Positions 26,745 to 34,618 are shown, counted from the first letter of the stretch. The stretch: DNA of 34,618 nt from an uncultured bacterium (GCA_903880655.1 CAIRQE010000027.1:1-34618), one strand, 5' to 3'. Program-made: numbers and translations. The notes: generated by a model from the letters alone, not told the origin.

Positions 26745-26771
26745 TCTATAAATAAAGCCCATCAGGGCTTT
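26745..26771 (-). terminator. Hairpin terminator at the stop codon of the MprF-like gene (potentially bidirectional)
   Basis: AAAGCCC (26754-26760) ATCA GGGCTTT (26765-26771). It is followed by AUUUAU on the minus strand and by ATTTTTTAT on the plus strand. Confidence 0.5.
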
Positions 26772-28398
26772 ATTTTTTATCTTTGTAGCTTAACAGTGTA
26801 TTAAGTCCAAGTATTATTTGCGGTAAGTTAGCCGCAGACCCCTTATAGAGAATATACCGAGGTTCCCAAGAAGGTTCAAACTTATTTTTGAACTGTTCCA
26901 GCCCTTCGAATGAATAATACCTGCGCCCTATTTTTTTAATCACTATAAGAAATTTGTCTGAAATGCCTGATATATTATCGTCTAATTTGGAAAGGGGGGC
27001 TAGGCCCAAATTTAATGTAGCGATATTATGGTTTCGTAGCTCCTCGATAGTCTTAAGAAAGAGGAAGTGCATGGAAATACTTGGAATATTTTTTCTAAAG
27101 CGCATTAGATCAACGCTCGAATGTAGGTTATCGAATGTAGGTATCAGATTTATAAACGCTTTAGGCTCGTCATCTTTATAGAGCACTGAAACATTGCAAT
27201 CGTTCAAGTAACTGCCATTGAAGTATCCCATAACAAATTCGTATTCTCTTCGGTCATTATTGAGCCAATCATTGGAAATACTTTTTAATTTCGCTATTCT
27301 ATCAATCGTATGGGGAGCTTGCCAGAATTCAACATGAAGATTTTCTGTATTAGCCTTATTCTTTACGTACCTAAAGTGTTTATTATTTTCAATTGATTCA
27401 AAATGAGATATATCTACACGCGCTTCTGAACCAATATATTGTTTTTGAAAAGTAAGTTCTGCCCATCCCTTGGCTTCTTCTTCGTCTGCATGTATAACTG
27501 TAATTTCCCAACCATTATTAAAACATTCATCACTAAATGCCCTTCGTAGTGTTGAGAAATGTGCCCTGTTCCCGGTACAGCCATCAAGAATAAAAGCTAT
27601 CCCATTCTTAAGTCCATAGCAAATGAATGAATCATCATAGAAGAAAAAGTGTTTATTACGAGTTGGCCATATTTTAAAATAATCTTCACTTGACGATGAA
27701 TAGCGTTCTAGGATCCTGTGGGCTTGTGAAAATTGAAAGCTAGAAGAGTTAGCTCCTAATTTACGGGGTCTGAATATTGCGAATAACATGGTGGCAATTG
27801 CAAATAATATGCTGAATCGCATCAAGTTGATTAAGAAATGTGCTTGAGGTGATTCAAATAAGTATTTAGGTATTGGCTTGCCGAGTATTGCATCCCATGT
27901 TATTCGTATATCCTGAGTGGTAGTAAGATGAACGCCGAATTCCCGATTATCAATAATTAAAAATGATGCTGCCACTACCACGAGCAGCACAAAGACCACA
28001 GCTACGCTTGTCGAAACTATTTTACTGGCACTTCTAAAATCACTTCTTACGATGTACTGTTTCCTTGATTGTATAAGCAAAATGAGGATGCCGCTATATA
28101 GAATGAGTGGCAGATGATAACTCTGATGAAGAAAATCAAAAACTATCAATAGCGATAGCCCAATAACTGCAAGAATAAAAGCAGTTCTTTTTCTATTAAA
28201 TAACTGGGCTGAAATATAGAGGAGGATAATACCGATAAAAATTCCTAGTATTCTTGATATTGATTCTGGGTCATATGGTAGATATTGCTCGATACGTGTT
28301 GGAACAATGCTTAACGGAACACTTATAAGAGCAACAACGCCCGCAATTCTAACGAGCCAGGCGCTAATATTTATCGTATTTATTTTTCCTAAACCCAT
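26770..28398 (-). CDS. Aminoacyl-phosphatidylglycerol synthase-like protein (MprF C-terminal/DUF2156-type; six TM helices plus cytosolic domain, no flippase half)
   Basis: The N-terminal ~215 aa contain about six hydrophobic helices. The C-terminal domain carries blocks typical of MprF/LysX synthase domains: FFFYDDSFICYGLKNGIAFILDG, DLMRFR, ATLNLGLAPLS, RRYYSFEGLEQFKNKFEPSWEPRYILY. The gene looks more AT-rich (~35% GC in sampled lines) than its neighbours. Confidence 0.7.
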   Translation of the reverse strand: MGLGKINTINISAWLVRIAGVVALISVPLSIVPTRIEQYLPYDPESISRILGIFIGIILLYISAQLFNRKRTAFILAVIGLSLLIVFDFLHQSYHLPLILYSGILILLIQSRKQYIVRSDFRSASKIVSTSVAVVFVLLVVVAASFLIIDNREFGVHLTTTQDIRITWDAILGKPIPKYLFESPQAHFLINLMRFSILFAIATMLFAIFRPRKLGANSSSFQFSQAHRILERYSSSSEDYFKIWPTRNKHFFFYDDSFICYGLKNGIAFILDGCTGNRAHFSTLRRAFSDECFNNGWEITVIHADEEEAKGWAELTFQKQYIGSEARVDISHFESIENNKHFRYVKNKANTENLHVEFWQAPHTIDRIAKLKSISNDWLNNDRREYEFVMGYFNGSYLNDCNVSVLYKDDEPKAFINLIPTFDNLHSSVDLMRFRKNIPSISMHFLFLKTIEELRNHNIATLNLGLAPLSKLDDNISGISDKFLIVIKKIGRRYYSFEGLEQFKNKFEPSWEPRYILYKGSAANLPQIILGLNTLLSYKDKK

Positions 28399-28545
28399 TG
28401 CTCGTAGTATAGATTAATATCATCAAACTTTAAAATTATGCTTGCAATAGTTTTTATTTGTTTCATACTAAAATAAAACTCGTTCAAATTGAATGAACAA
28501 AAGAAACACAGAGCTAAAATAATTGGGGTAATAGGGTTTAAACGT

Positions 28546-30129
28546 ATGACGACTAAATATATTTTTGTTACAGGTGGAGTTTTAAGTGGAGTAGGAAAGG
28601 GTATTACTGCTGCCAGTATCGGAGCGCTCCTTAAGGCGAGAGGATACAAAGTTAATATCCAAAAGTGTGACCCTTATTTTAATTTTGATGCAGGAACGCT
28701 GAATCCAGCAGAGCATGGAGAAGTATTCGTCACTAAGGATGGAGCCGAAACTGACCTTGATCTTGGGCACTACGAGCGTTTTCTAGATATTGAACTAACA
28801 CAATCGAGCTCTACGATGAGTGGACGTATATTTAGACAAGTAATTGAAGATGAACGAGCAGGAAAGTATCTTGGAAAAACAGTTCAAATTATTCCGCATG
28901 TCACGAACGCGATGCAAGAAGCAATTGCAGAAGCTGGAAAAGGTTTTGATGTGCATATTGTTGAAGTTGGTGGCACTGTAGGAGATTATGAAAGTACTGC
29001 ATTTATTGAAGCTATAAGACAATTCCGCCATCAAGTAGGCGCCAAAAATACACTTTCTGTTCATGTCGTTTATTTGCCCTACCTAACAGCTTCAGCTGAA
29101 GTAAAGTCAAAACCAGCTCAAAATGCAGTAAGAGATCTAAGGGAAGCAGGTATTCAACCAGATATTTTAATTGCTAGAACAGATCATCCGGTGCCAAATG
29201 GTGTTCTTAATAAGCTAAGTCTTTTTGGTGATGTAGCGCGTGAAGCTGTCATCGCACTCCCGACAGTAAAAACTGTCTATAGTGTTCCAGTTATTCTTGA
29301 AGACGCTGGAGTTGGCAGGATTGTTGCCGAACATTTCGGACTAACGAAAAAGAAACCTAATTTGAAAAATTGGCATAACTTAGAGTTAAAAGTTTTATCT
29401 AAAAACAATAAAACCGTAAAGATAGGACTTGTTGCTAAGTATCTTGACCACCAAGACACTTACGCATCTGTTATTGAAGCTATAAAGGCTGCTTGTTGGG
29501 CAGAAGATAAAAAAGCCGATATTAAATGGATCGATGCTGAATCGCTCACTACGAAAAATGTTGCTTCAAAGCTAAAAGGGCTTGATGGAATTGTTGTGCC
29601 AGGTGGCTTCGGTTCAAGGGGTGTTGAAGGAAAAATCGTAGCTGCAACACACGCCTTTAAGCGCAACATTCCCTACTTAGGCCTATGTCTTGGTATGCAA
29701 GTTGCCTGTATTGCCGCAGCGCGGCTTTCAGGTTTGCACGATGCCAACTCAACTGAATTTGATCCCAAAACAACGAGTCCCGTTATAGGACTTATGGAAG
29801 AGCAAAAAACATTAACAGTTATAGGTGGCACTATGCGCCTCGGTAATTATGAGTGTGCGCTGGAAAAGAAATCAAAGGCTGCCAAGCTCTATGGTAAGAC
29901 CAAAATAGAAGAACGACATCGGCATCGCTATGAGTTTTCGAATGATTATGAGGATGCACTTCGCTCTCAAGGACTTACAGTCGTCGGTAGAAATCCACTA
30001 ACTGGGCTTGCTGAAGTAGTAGAGGCATCAGCTAAAAAATACTTTATCGCTAGCCAGTATCATCCAGAATTTAATTCACGCCCAATGCGACCCCACCCAT
30101 TATTTTTAGGCTTGATCCGCTCAATTTAG
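28546..30129 (+). CDS. pyrG: CTP synthase
   Basis: N-terminus MTTKYIFVTGGVLSGVGKGI, glutamine amidotransferase Cys in GLCLGMQ, and HRHRYE. I prefer the ATG at 28546 over the TTG track start at 28489. Confidence 0.95.
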   Translation: MTTKYIFVTGGVLSGVGKGITAASIGALLKARGYKVNIQKCDPYFNFDAGTLNPAEHGEVFVTKDGAETDLDLGHYERFLDIELTQSSSTMSGRIFRQVIEDERAGKYLGKTVQIIPHVTNAMQEAIAEAGKGFDVHIVEVGGTVGDYESTAFIEAIRQFRHQVGAKNTLSVHVVYLPYLTASAEVKSKPAQNAVRDLREAGIQPDILIARTDHPVPNGVLNKLSLFGDVAREAVIALPTVKTVYSVPVILEDAGVGRIVAEHFGLTKKKPNLKNWHNLELKVLSKNNKTVKIGLVAKYLDHQDTYASVIEAIKAACWAEDKKADIKWIDAESLTTKNVASKLKGLDGIVVPGGFGSRGVEGKIVAATHAFKRNIPYLGLCLGMQVACIAAARLSGLHDANSTEFDPKTTSPVIGLMEEQKTLTVIGGTMRLGNYECALEKKSKAAKLYGKTKIEERHRHRYEFSNDYEDALRSQGLTVVGRNPLTGLAEVVEASAKKYFIASQYHPEFNSRPMRPHPLFLGLIRSI

Positions 30130-30158
30130 TCACCCCAATCGGATAGTCATAAATAACC

Positions 30159-30187
30159 TTGACCTAACAGGGATAATCTGCTAGAAT
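30159..30187 (+). promoter_or_regulatory. Candidate promoter upstream of rplC (TTGACC-17-TAGAAT)
   Basis: TTGACC at 30159-30164, a 17-nt spacer, and TAGAAT at 30182-30187. It lies 30 nt after the pyrG stop and ~140 nt before rplC. Confidence 0.5.
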
Positions 30188-30213
30188 TCTTTGGTATATC
30201 AAGATTTTTGTTC

Positions 30214-30267
30214 CTTGGTGAGTCGGTAAGTCTATAAAGATACTGCCGTTCCACCAAGCATTTTTAT
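30214..30267 (+). promoter_or_regulatory. Terminator-like hairpin plus U-tract inside the rplC leader (candidate attenuator)
   Basis: CTTGGTG (30214-30220) pairs with CACCAAG (30252-30258), and an inner CGG/CCG extends the stem. CATTTTTAT follows. A second GC-rich hairpin, GGGCG (30276-30280) / CGCCC (30288-30292), lies downstream. Confidence 0.35.
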
Positions 30268-30328
30268 GCTCTGAAGGGCGCGTCGAACGCCCCTGGTATG
30301 GGAACACCTAAATAAAGAACGGAGAACT

Positions 30329-30940
30329 ATGAAAGCTCTCATTACGAGGAAAGTTGGCATGACTAGTATCATCTCTGAAGATGGTGCGCTCACTCCTGTC
30401 ACTTTGCTTTCCGCTAGTCCCTGTGTTGTTACACAGGTCAAAACAGCAGAAAACGACGGTTATACTGCGGTACAGCTCGGTTTCGAAGAAGGTAAGCATA
30501 CTGCTAAGCCTCAAGTTGGACACTTTAAAAAGTCTGGCGCGAATCCAAAGATTGTACGTGAATTTAGGGTCACTGAAATTGAAGAAGACATAAAAACAGG
30601 AGCTACTTTTGCTGCTGATGTTTTTGAAGTTGGTGATACCGTTCATGTAACAGGTACAAGTAAAGGTAAAGGCTTTGCCGGAACCATTAAGCGACATAAT
30701 TTTAAAAGAGGTCGTAAGACACATGGTGGCCGAAGCTATCGACGCCCAGGTTCAATTGGATCCATGTACCCTCAAAAAGTTTTCAAAGGTATGAAAATGG
30801 CAGGACAAATGGGTCACGAACAAGTTACTGTTCAGAACTTACGTGTTGCTTTAGTTGACCTTGAAAACCAAGTTATTGGTCTTGTTGGCGCCGTACCTGG
30901 CCCACGTAAAGGTATCATCCTTGTGAAAGGAGCTAAATAA
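30329..30940 (+). CDS. rplC: 50S ribosomal protein L3
   Basis: MKALITRKVGMT..., GTSKGKGFAGTIKRHNF. GGAGAA Shine-Dalgarno upstream. Confidence 0.97.
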   Translation: MKALITRKVGMTSIISEDGALTPVTLLSASPCVVTQVKTAENDGYTAVQLGFEEGKHTAKPQVGHFKKSGANPKIVREFRVTEIEEDIKTGATFAADVFEVGDTVHVTGTSKGKGFAGTIKRHNFKRGRKTHGGRSYRRPGSIGSMYPQKVFKGMKMAGQMGHEQVTVQNLRVALVDLENQVIGLVGAVPGPRKGIILVKGAK

Positions 30941-31575
30941 TGGCTACTCCAACATTTACATCATCTGGCGCTAAAGCTACTACAGCCGTGTCACTACCAA
31001 AATCAGTATTCTCTATAGAAGTAACATCACATCAGCTTCTTAAGGATGCATATCTTGCTCATCAAGCGAATACTCGTCCTAATTTAGCTAAGACCCTCAA
31101 AAGAGGTGAAGTTAGTGGTGGTGGTAAAAAACCATGGCAGCAAAAAGGCACAGGACATGCCCGTGTCGGTTCTTCACGAAGTCCCATCTGGCGTAAAGGT
31201 GGTGTTATATTTGGACCATCTGGCAACGAGAACTACAGCCGAAAGATTAATGTCAAGGCTAAACGTCTTGCTATAACTCAAGCGTTATCACTTGCTAGTG
31301 AAGCAAAGAAAGTTATCATCATTGATGATTTTAAAACTACTGGCAAAGTCAGTGATACTGCTAAATTTATGAATAAGATTGGTGCAGATCGAAACGTGCT
31401 TCTTGTGGTTAACGAATTAACTGATCTCGTTAAGCGTTCAACAAATAACCTACCATACGTTGCAGCAGTACAGGCAACTCGTCTTAATGTATGTGACATC
31501 CTTGATGCAGGAGTTATCGTCGTAACTAAAGATTCAATAAGCGCTATTGAAAAATGGCTTGGAGGTACAAAATAA
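30940..31575 (+). CDS. rplD: 50S ribosomal protein L4
   Basis: GGGKKPWQQKGTGHARVGS motif. TAATG overlap with rplC. Confidence 0.96.
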   Translation: MATPTFTSSGAKATTAVSLPKSVFSIEVTSHQLLKDAYLAHQANTRPNLAKTLKRGEVSGGGKKPWQQKGTGHARVGSSRSPIWRKGGVIFGPSGNENYSRKINVKAKRLAITQALSLASEAKKVIIIDDFKTTGKVSDTAKFMNKIGADRNVLLVVNELTDLVKRSTNNLPYVAAVQATRLNVCDILDAGVIVVTKDSISAIEKWLGGTK

Positions 31576-31889
31576 TGGATTTTGTTTTATACCCACGAGT
31601 AAGTGAAAAAGCATACGGCAGTGCAACTGCACTTAACTGCTACGTTTTCAACGTACCACTTACTGCTAATAAAATTGAAGTTAAAAAAGCTGTTGAAACT
31701 AAATACGAAGTTACTGTGGAAACAGTTAACATGGTTCGTATGAAGGGCAAACGAGTTAACCGAGCTATCAATAACCGTGGAACTCGAACTAGAGGAAAAC
31801 GAATTGATTTCAAGAAGGCATATGTACTTGTTAAAGAAGGTCAAACTATTCCAGTCTTTGCATCAGCTGAAGAAGAGGAGAAGAAATAA
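31575..31889 (+). CDS. rplW: 50S ribosomal protein L23
   Basis: MDFVLYPRVSEKA... L23 pattern. The ATG at 31575 overlaps the rplD TAA (TAATG), with GGAGG 10 nt upstream. The track start at 31554 is an in-frame extension inside rplD. Confidence 0.93.
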   Translation: MDFVLYPRVSEKAYGSATALNCYVFNVPLTANKIEVKKAVETKYEVTVETVNMVRMKGKRVNRAINNRGTRTRGKRIDFKKAYVLVKEGQTIPVFASAEEEEKK

Positions 31890-32734
31890 TGGCTATTAAA
31901 TTATTAAATCCAACCACTCCTGGCCGTCGTGGCATGACCACGCAGGACTTCTCTGACATTACTTCAAAGAAGAACAAACCTGTTAAAAGCCTGATTACTA
32001 TCAAAAAAGGTTCAGTTGGGCGAAACAACCAAGGTCGTATTACAACTCGACACCGTGGTGGTGGCGTTCGACGATACTACCGAAATGTTAACTTCAAATT
32101 AGAAGCCGGCACACAAGCAGTTATCGAAGCTATTGAATATGATCCAAACCGATCTGCACGTATTGCTCGAATCAAGGATCAAAACGGTGTTTACCACTAT
32201 ATCCTTGCAGCAAATGGTATGACTGTTGGACAAAAGATTGTTTCTGCTGAGGATGCTCCTATTGAAACTGGTAACAGACTTCCTATTAAGAGTATTCCAA
32301 CCGGTAGTGCTATCTATGCTATTGAACTTCAGATTGGCCGTGGTGCGCAACTAGTGCGAAGTGCTGGTAATAATGCACAGCTCGTCGCCAAAGAAGGCGA
32401 TTACGCACAAGTGAAGTTACCTTCTGGTGAAGTACGTCTAATACATGTTGAATGTACTGCCCAAATTGGTACTGTTGGTAACGCACAGCACCAAAACGTT
32501 AAGATTGGTAAAGCCGGACGAAACCGTAAACTGGGTAAGCGACCAAGCGTTCGTGGTGTGGTTATGAATGCTGTCGATCATCCGCACGGTGGTGGTGACG
32601 GTGGACGTCACCGAATGGCCAAAGCGCCGCGTACTCCATGGGGTCAAAAGACTCTTGGATACAAGACTCGACGACGTAAGCTTACTAATTCATTTATTGT
32701 TAAAACTCGTCATCAGACTAAGAGGAGAGGTTAA
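31889..32734 (+). CDS. rplB: 50S ribosomal protein L2
   Basis: RHRGGG, VMNAVDHPHGGG and GYKTRR motifs. TAATG overlap with rplW. Confidence 0.97.
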   Translation: MAIKLLNPTTPGRRGMTTQDFSDITSKKNKPVKSLITIKKGSVGRNNQGRITTRHRGGGVRRYYRNVNFKLEAGTQAVIEAIEYDPNRSARIARIKDQNGVYHYILAANGMTVGQKIVSAEDAPIETGNRLPIKSIPTGSAIYAIELQIGRGAQLVRSAGNNAQLVAKEGDYAQVKLPSGEVRLIHVECTAQIGTVGNAQHQNVKIGKAGRNRKLGKRPSVRGVVMNAVDHPHGGGDGGRHRMAKAPRTPWGQKTLGYKTRRRKLTNSFIVKTRHQTKRRG

Positions 32735-32737
32735 ACC

Positions 32738-33007
32738 ATGAGTCGTTCACTGAAAAAAGGACCATTTATTGATCCAAAACTTGCAAAGAAAGTTGCGAAA
32801 CTTGGTAATGAAGATCGAACCATTATTAAAACATGGGCTCGTGCTTCAACAATCACTCCTGAATTTGTTGGTAAGACAATAGCGGTACACAACGGTCGTG
32901 TGCATGTACCCGTATTTGTTACAGAAAACATGGTTGGACATAAATTAGGTGAATTTTCACCAACCCGTAAGTTCCGCTCGCACGGCGGTAAATTGGCTAA
33001 GAAGTAG
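32738..33007 (+). CDS. rpsS: 30S ribosomal protein S19
   Basis: [12 protein letters not shown]..., [18 protein letters not shown]. Confidence 0.97.
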   Translation: MSRSLKKGPFIDPKLAKKVAKLGNEDRTIIKTWARASTITPEFVGKTIAVHNGRVHVPVFVTENMVGHKLGEFSPTRKFRSHGGKLAKK

Positions 33008-33018
33008 GAGTTATTACT

Positions 33019-33423
33019 ATGTCTGTACTCGCAATTGCTAAAGGTGTAAGAATGAGCCCACGAAAAGTTGGGGTAGTAGCTGCTCTCGTAAGAGGCCGTA
33101 CTGTTGCTGATGCACTCGTAATCCTAGAACATACTCCACGAAGAAGTGCGGAACCAGTTGCTAAGGTTATTGCAAGTGCTCGAGCTAACGCTGAGCATAA
33201 CCATAACTTGAAGCCTGATACGCTCCGAATTGTAGAAATAAGTGTTTCTCCAGGCCAACGTCTGAAGAGATACCGACCTGCTGCTCGTGGACGAGCTAAT
33301 CCTTTCCAACGACGAACAAGTCACATTCGAGTTGTTGTTGATGGTGAAGCACGTGTATCTAAAAAAGTTTCTGAAAAGGCTCCAAAAGCTGATTCAGCTA
33401 AAGCTAAGAAGGAGACCAAATAA
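33019..33423 (+). CDS. rplV: 50S ribosomal protein L22 (with basic C-terminal extension)
   Basis: SPRKVGVVAALVRGR... and RYRPAARGRA motifs in the canonical position. About 25 extra Lys/Ala-rich C-terminal residues. Confidence 0.95.
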   Translation: MSVLAIAKGVRMSPRKVGVVAALVRGRTVADALVILEHTPRRSAEPVAKVIASARANAEHNHNLKPDTLRIVEISVSPGQRLKRYRPAARGRANPFQRRTSHIRVVVDGEARVSKKVSEKAPKADSAKAKKETK

Positions 33424-34052
33424 TGGGTCAAAAAGTAAATCCAATTAGTTTCCGTCTACAGCTTAATAAGAACTGGCGTAGTAAATGGTTCGCTCCTAAA
33501 AAGGATTACACCATTTTTCTAACACAAGATCTTGCTGTTCGACGAATGATCGATAAAAAAATTGGTTCTCGTGGTGCTATTAATACGGTGGATATAGAAC
33601 GATCTCCAAACATGGTATCCGTTACTATTCACACCGCTAAAGCCGGTGTTGTTATTGGCCGTGGTGGTGCGGGAGCCCAAGAACTAAAGGCTGCTATTGA
33701 AAAAATTTATGGCATCCAAGTTCGAGTTAACATTGAAGAAGTTAAAAAGCCTGAACTACATGCAAAATTAGTTGCTGAAAATATCGCAAACCAACTTGAA
33801 CGACGTATTGCATTTAGACGAGCTATAAAGAGCTCTGCTGGTGCAACTATGCGTGCTGGTGCTAAGGGTATCCGTATTGAAGTCGCTGGACGACTTAATG
33901 GTGCTGAAATGTCACGACGAGAAAAGATGATTGAAGGTTCAGTTCCTCTTCATACCCTTCGTGCAGATATTGACTATGGCTATGTAAGAGCAAAGACTAT
34001 CACCGGTATTATCGGTGTTAAGGTTTGGATCTACAAAGGAGAGGTAAGCTAG
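33423..34052 (+). CDS. rpsC: 30S ribosomal protein S3
   Basis: [12 protein letters not shown]..., KH-domain [13 protein letters not shown] overlap with rplV. Confidence 0.97.
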   Translation: MGQKVNPISFRLQLNKNWRSKWFAPKKDYTIFLTQDLAVRRMIDKKIGSRGAINTVDIERSPNMVSVTIHTAKAGVVIGRGGAGAQELKAAIEKIYGIQVRVNIEEVKKPELHAKLVAENIANQLERRIAFRRAIKSSAGATMRAGAKGIRIEVAGRLNGAEMSRREKMIEGSVPLHTLRADIDYGYVRAKTITGIIGVKVWIYKGEVS

Positions 34053-34053
34053 T

Positions 34054-34467
34054 ATGTTACTCCCAAATAAAATGAAGCACCGAAAGGTGTTCAAAGGTAA
34101 AATCCGTGGTACAGCAAGTGCCGGTAACTACATTGCTTATGGAAGTTATGCACTGCAGTCACTCGGCAACGAACGTATTACGAGCCGTCAAATTGAATCA
34201 GCTCGTCAGGCTATGACTCGTTACGTCAAGCGTGGTGGCCGTATCTGGATTCGTATTTTTCCACATACGCCTGTTACTCGTAAACCACAAGACGTTAAAA
34301 TGGGTAGCGGTAAAGGAAATCCAGAATTTTTCGTAGCTAAGGTTCGACCAGGCACAATCTTGTTCGAAATGCAGGGTGTTGATGAATCAGTTGCTAGAGA
34401 AGCTATGAGACTTGCTGCACATAAGCTACCTATCAAGACTAAATTCTTGGTTAAGGAGGACGTATAG
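34054..34467 (+). CDS. rplP: 50S ribosomal protein L16
   Basis: [11 protein letters not shown]..., IWIRIFP and KMGSGKG motifs. Confidence 0.97.
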   Translation: MLLPNKMKHRKVFKGKIRGTASAGNYIAYGSYALQSLGNERITSRQIESARQAMTRYVKRGGRIWIRIFPHTPVTRKPQDVKMGSGKGNPEFFVAKVRPGTILFEMQGVDESVAREAMRLAAHKLPIKTKFLVKEDV

Positions 34468-34468
34468 T

Positions 34469-34618
34469 ATGAAAACTGTTGATATACGCAAAATGAATAC
34501 TGAGCAACTAACGCTTGAAACTACTAAACTACGTGAAGAGATAGCTCAAATGCGAAGAAAAATCGCTATGGGTGAAGTCACAAATGTACGTTCTATTAGA
34601 GTAAAGCGAAAAGATCTC
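34469..34618 (+). CDS. rpmC: 50S ribosomal protein L29 (3' end truncated by window edge)
   Basis: Not in the ORF track. The ATG at 34469 sits 1 nt after the rplP TAG and is preceded by AAGGAGG. It translates to [50 protein letters not shown], an L29 pattern in the canonical position. The frame is open to the window end. Confidence 0.9.
   Translation, partial: MKTVDIRKMNTEQLTLETTKLREEIAQMRRKIAMGEVTNVRSIRVKRKDL

Noticed and set aside
30232-30724. 69-aa and 138-aa minus-strand ORFs across the rplC leader and the 5' part of rplC.
   Set aside because: They are antisense to a conserved r-protein gene, have no start signals, and their composition is typical of shadow ORFs.
1-34618. I looked for CRISPR arrays, IS elements or transposases, integrases, prophage genes, rRNA, long tandem repeats, and stop-codon reassignment (UGA recoding).
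   Set aside because: None was found. All conserved genes are intact under the standard code. No repeat-spacer periodicity and no recombinase-like ORF is present. Only one tRNA was recognisable by hand-folding, and a tRNAscan/Infernal run is still advisable.

Overview
Gene-dense window, roughly 40-45% GC by eye-count of sample lines, read with the standard genetic code. Almost all of it is housekeeping. The gene set and compact layout (many TAATG stop/start overlaps, Gram-positive-type S12 insertion, rpoBC not preceded by rplKAJL) suggest a small-genome Terrabacteria or CPR bacterium, possibly Saccharibacteria-like. That placement is an inference, not a demonstration. Gene order: radA (5' truncated), PIN/TRAM protein, class A PBP (minus strand), recG, Zn-phospholipase-C-like protein, rsmD, tRNA-Leu(UAG), tyrS, hisS, tig, clpP, rpoB, rpoC, rpsL, rpsG, fusA, tuf, rpsJ, then an accessory block, then rplC, rplD, rplW, rplB, rpsS, rplV, rpsC, rplP, rpmC (3' truncated). 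The most unusual part is the ~4.8 kb block (25545-30328) that splits the normally contiguous rpsJ-rplC junction of the S10 operon. rpsJ is closed off by its own promoter and intrinsic terminator. Three independently promoted and terminated minus-strand units follow: a 76-codon ORF in a GC-rich patch, an orphan 192-aa basic protein whose promoter sits among short repeats, and an AT-rich MprF-like aminoacyl-phosphatidylglycerol synthase with the synthase half only. Then comes pyrG, then a new promoter and a terminator-like leader hairpin in front of rplC. Other sequence-level oddities: RNA polymerase beta-prime has lost all eight canonical Zn-ligand cysteines (both Zn sites), and S12 carries Pro at the streptomycin-resistance Lys87/88 position. 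I saw no CRISPR array, IS element, integrase or rRNA.
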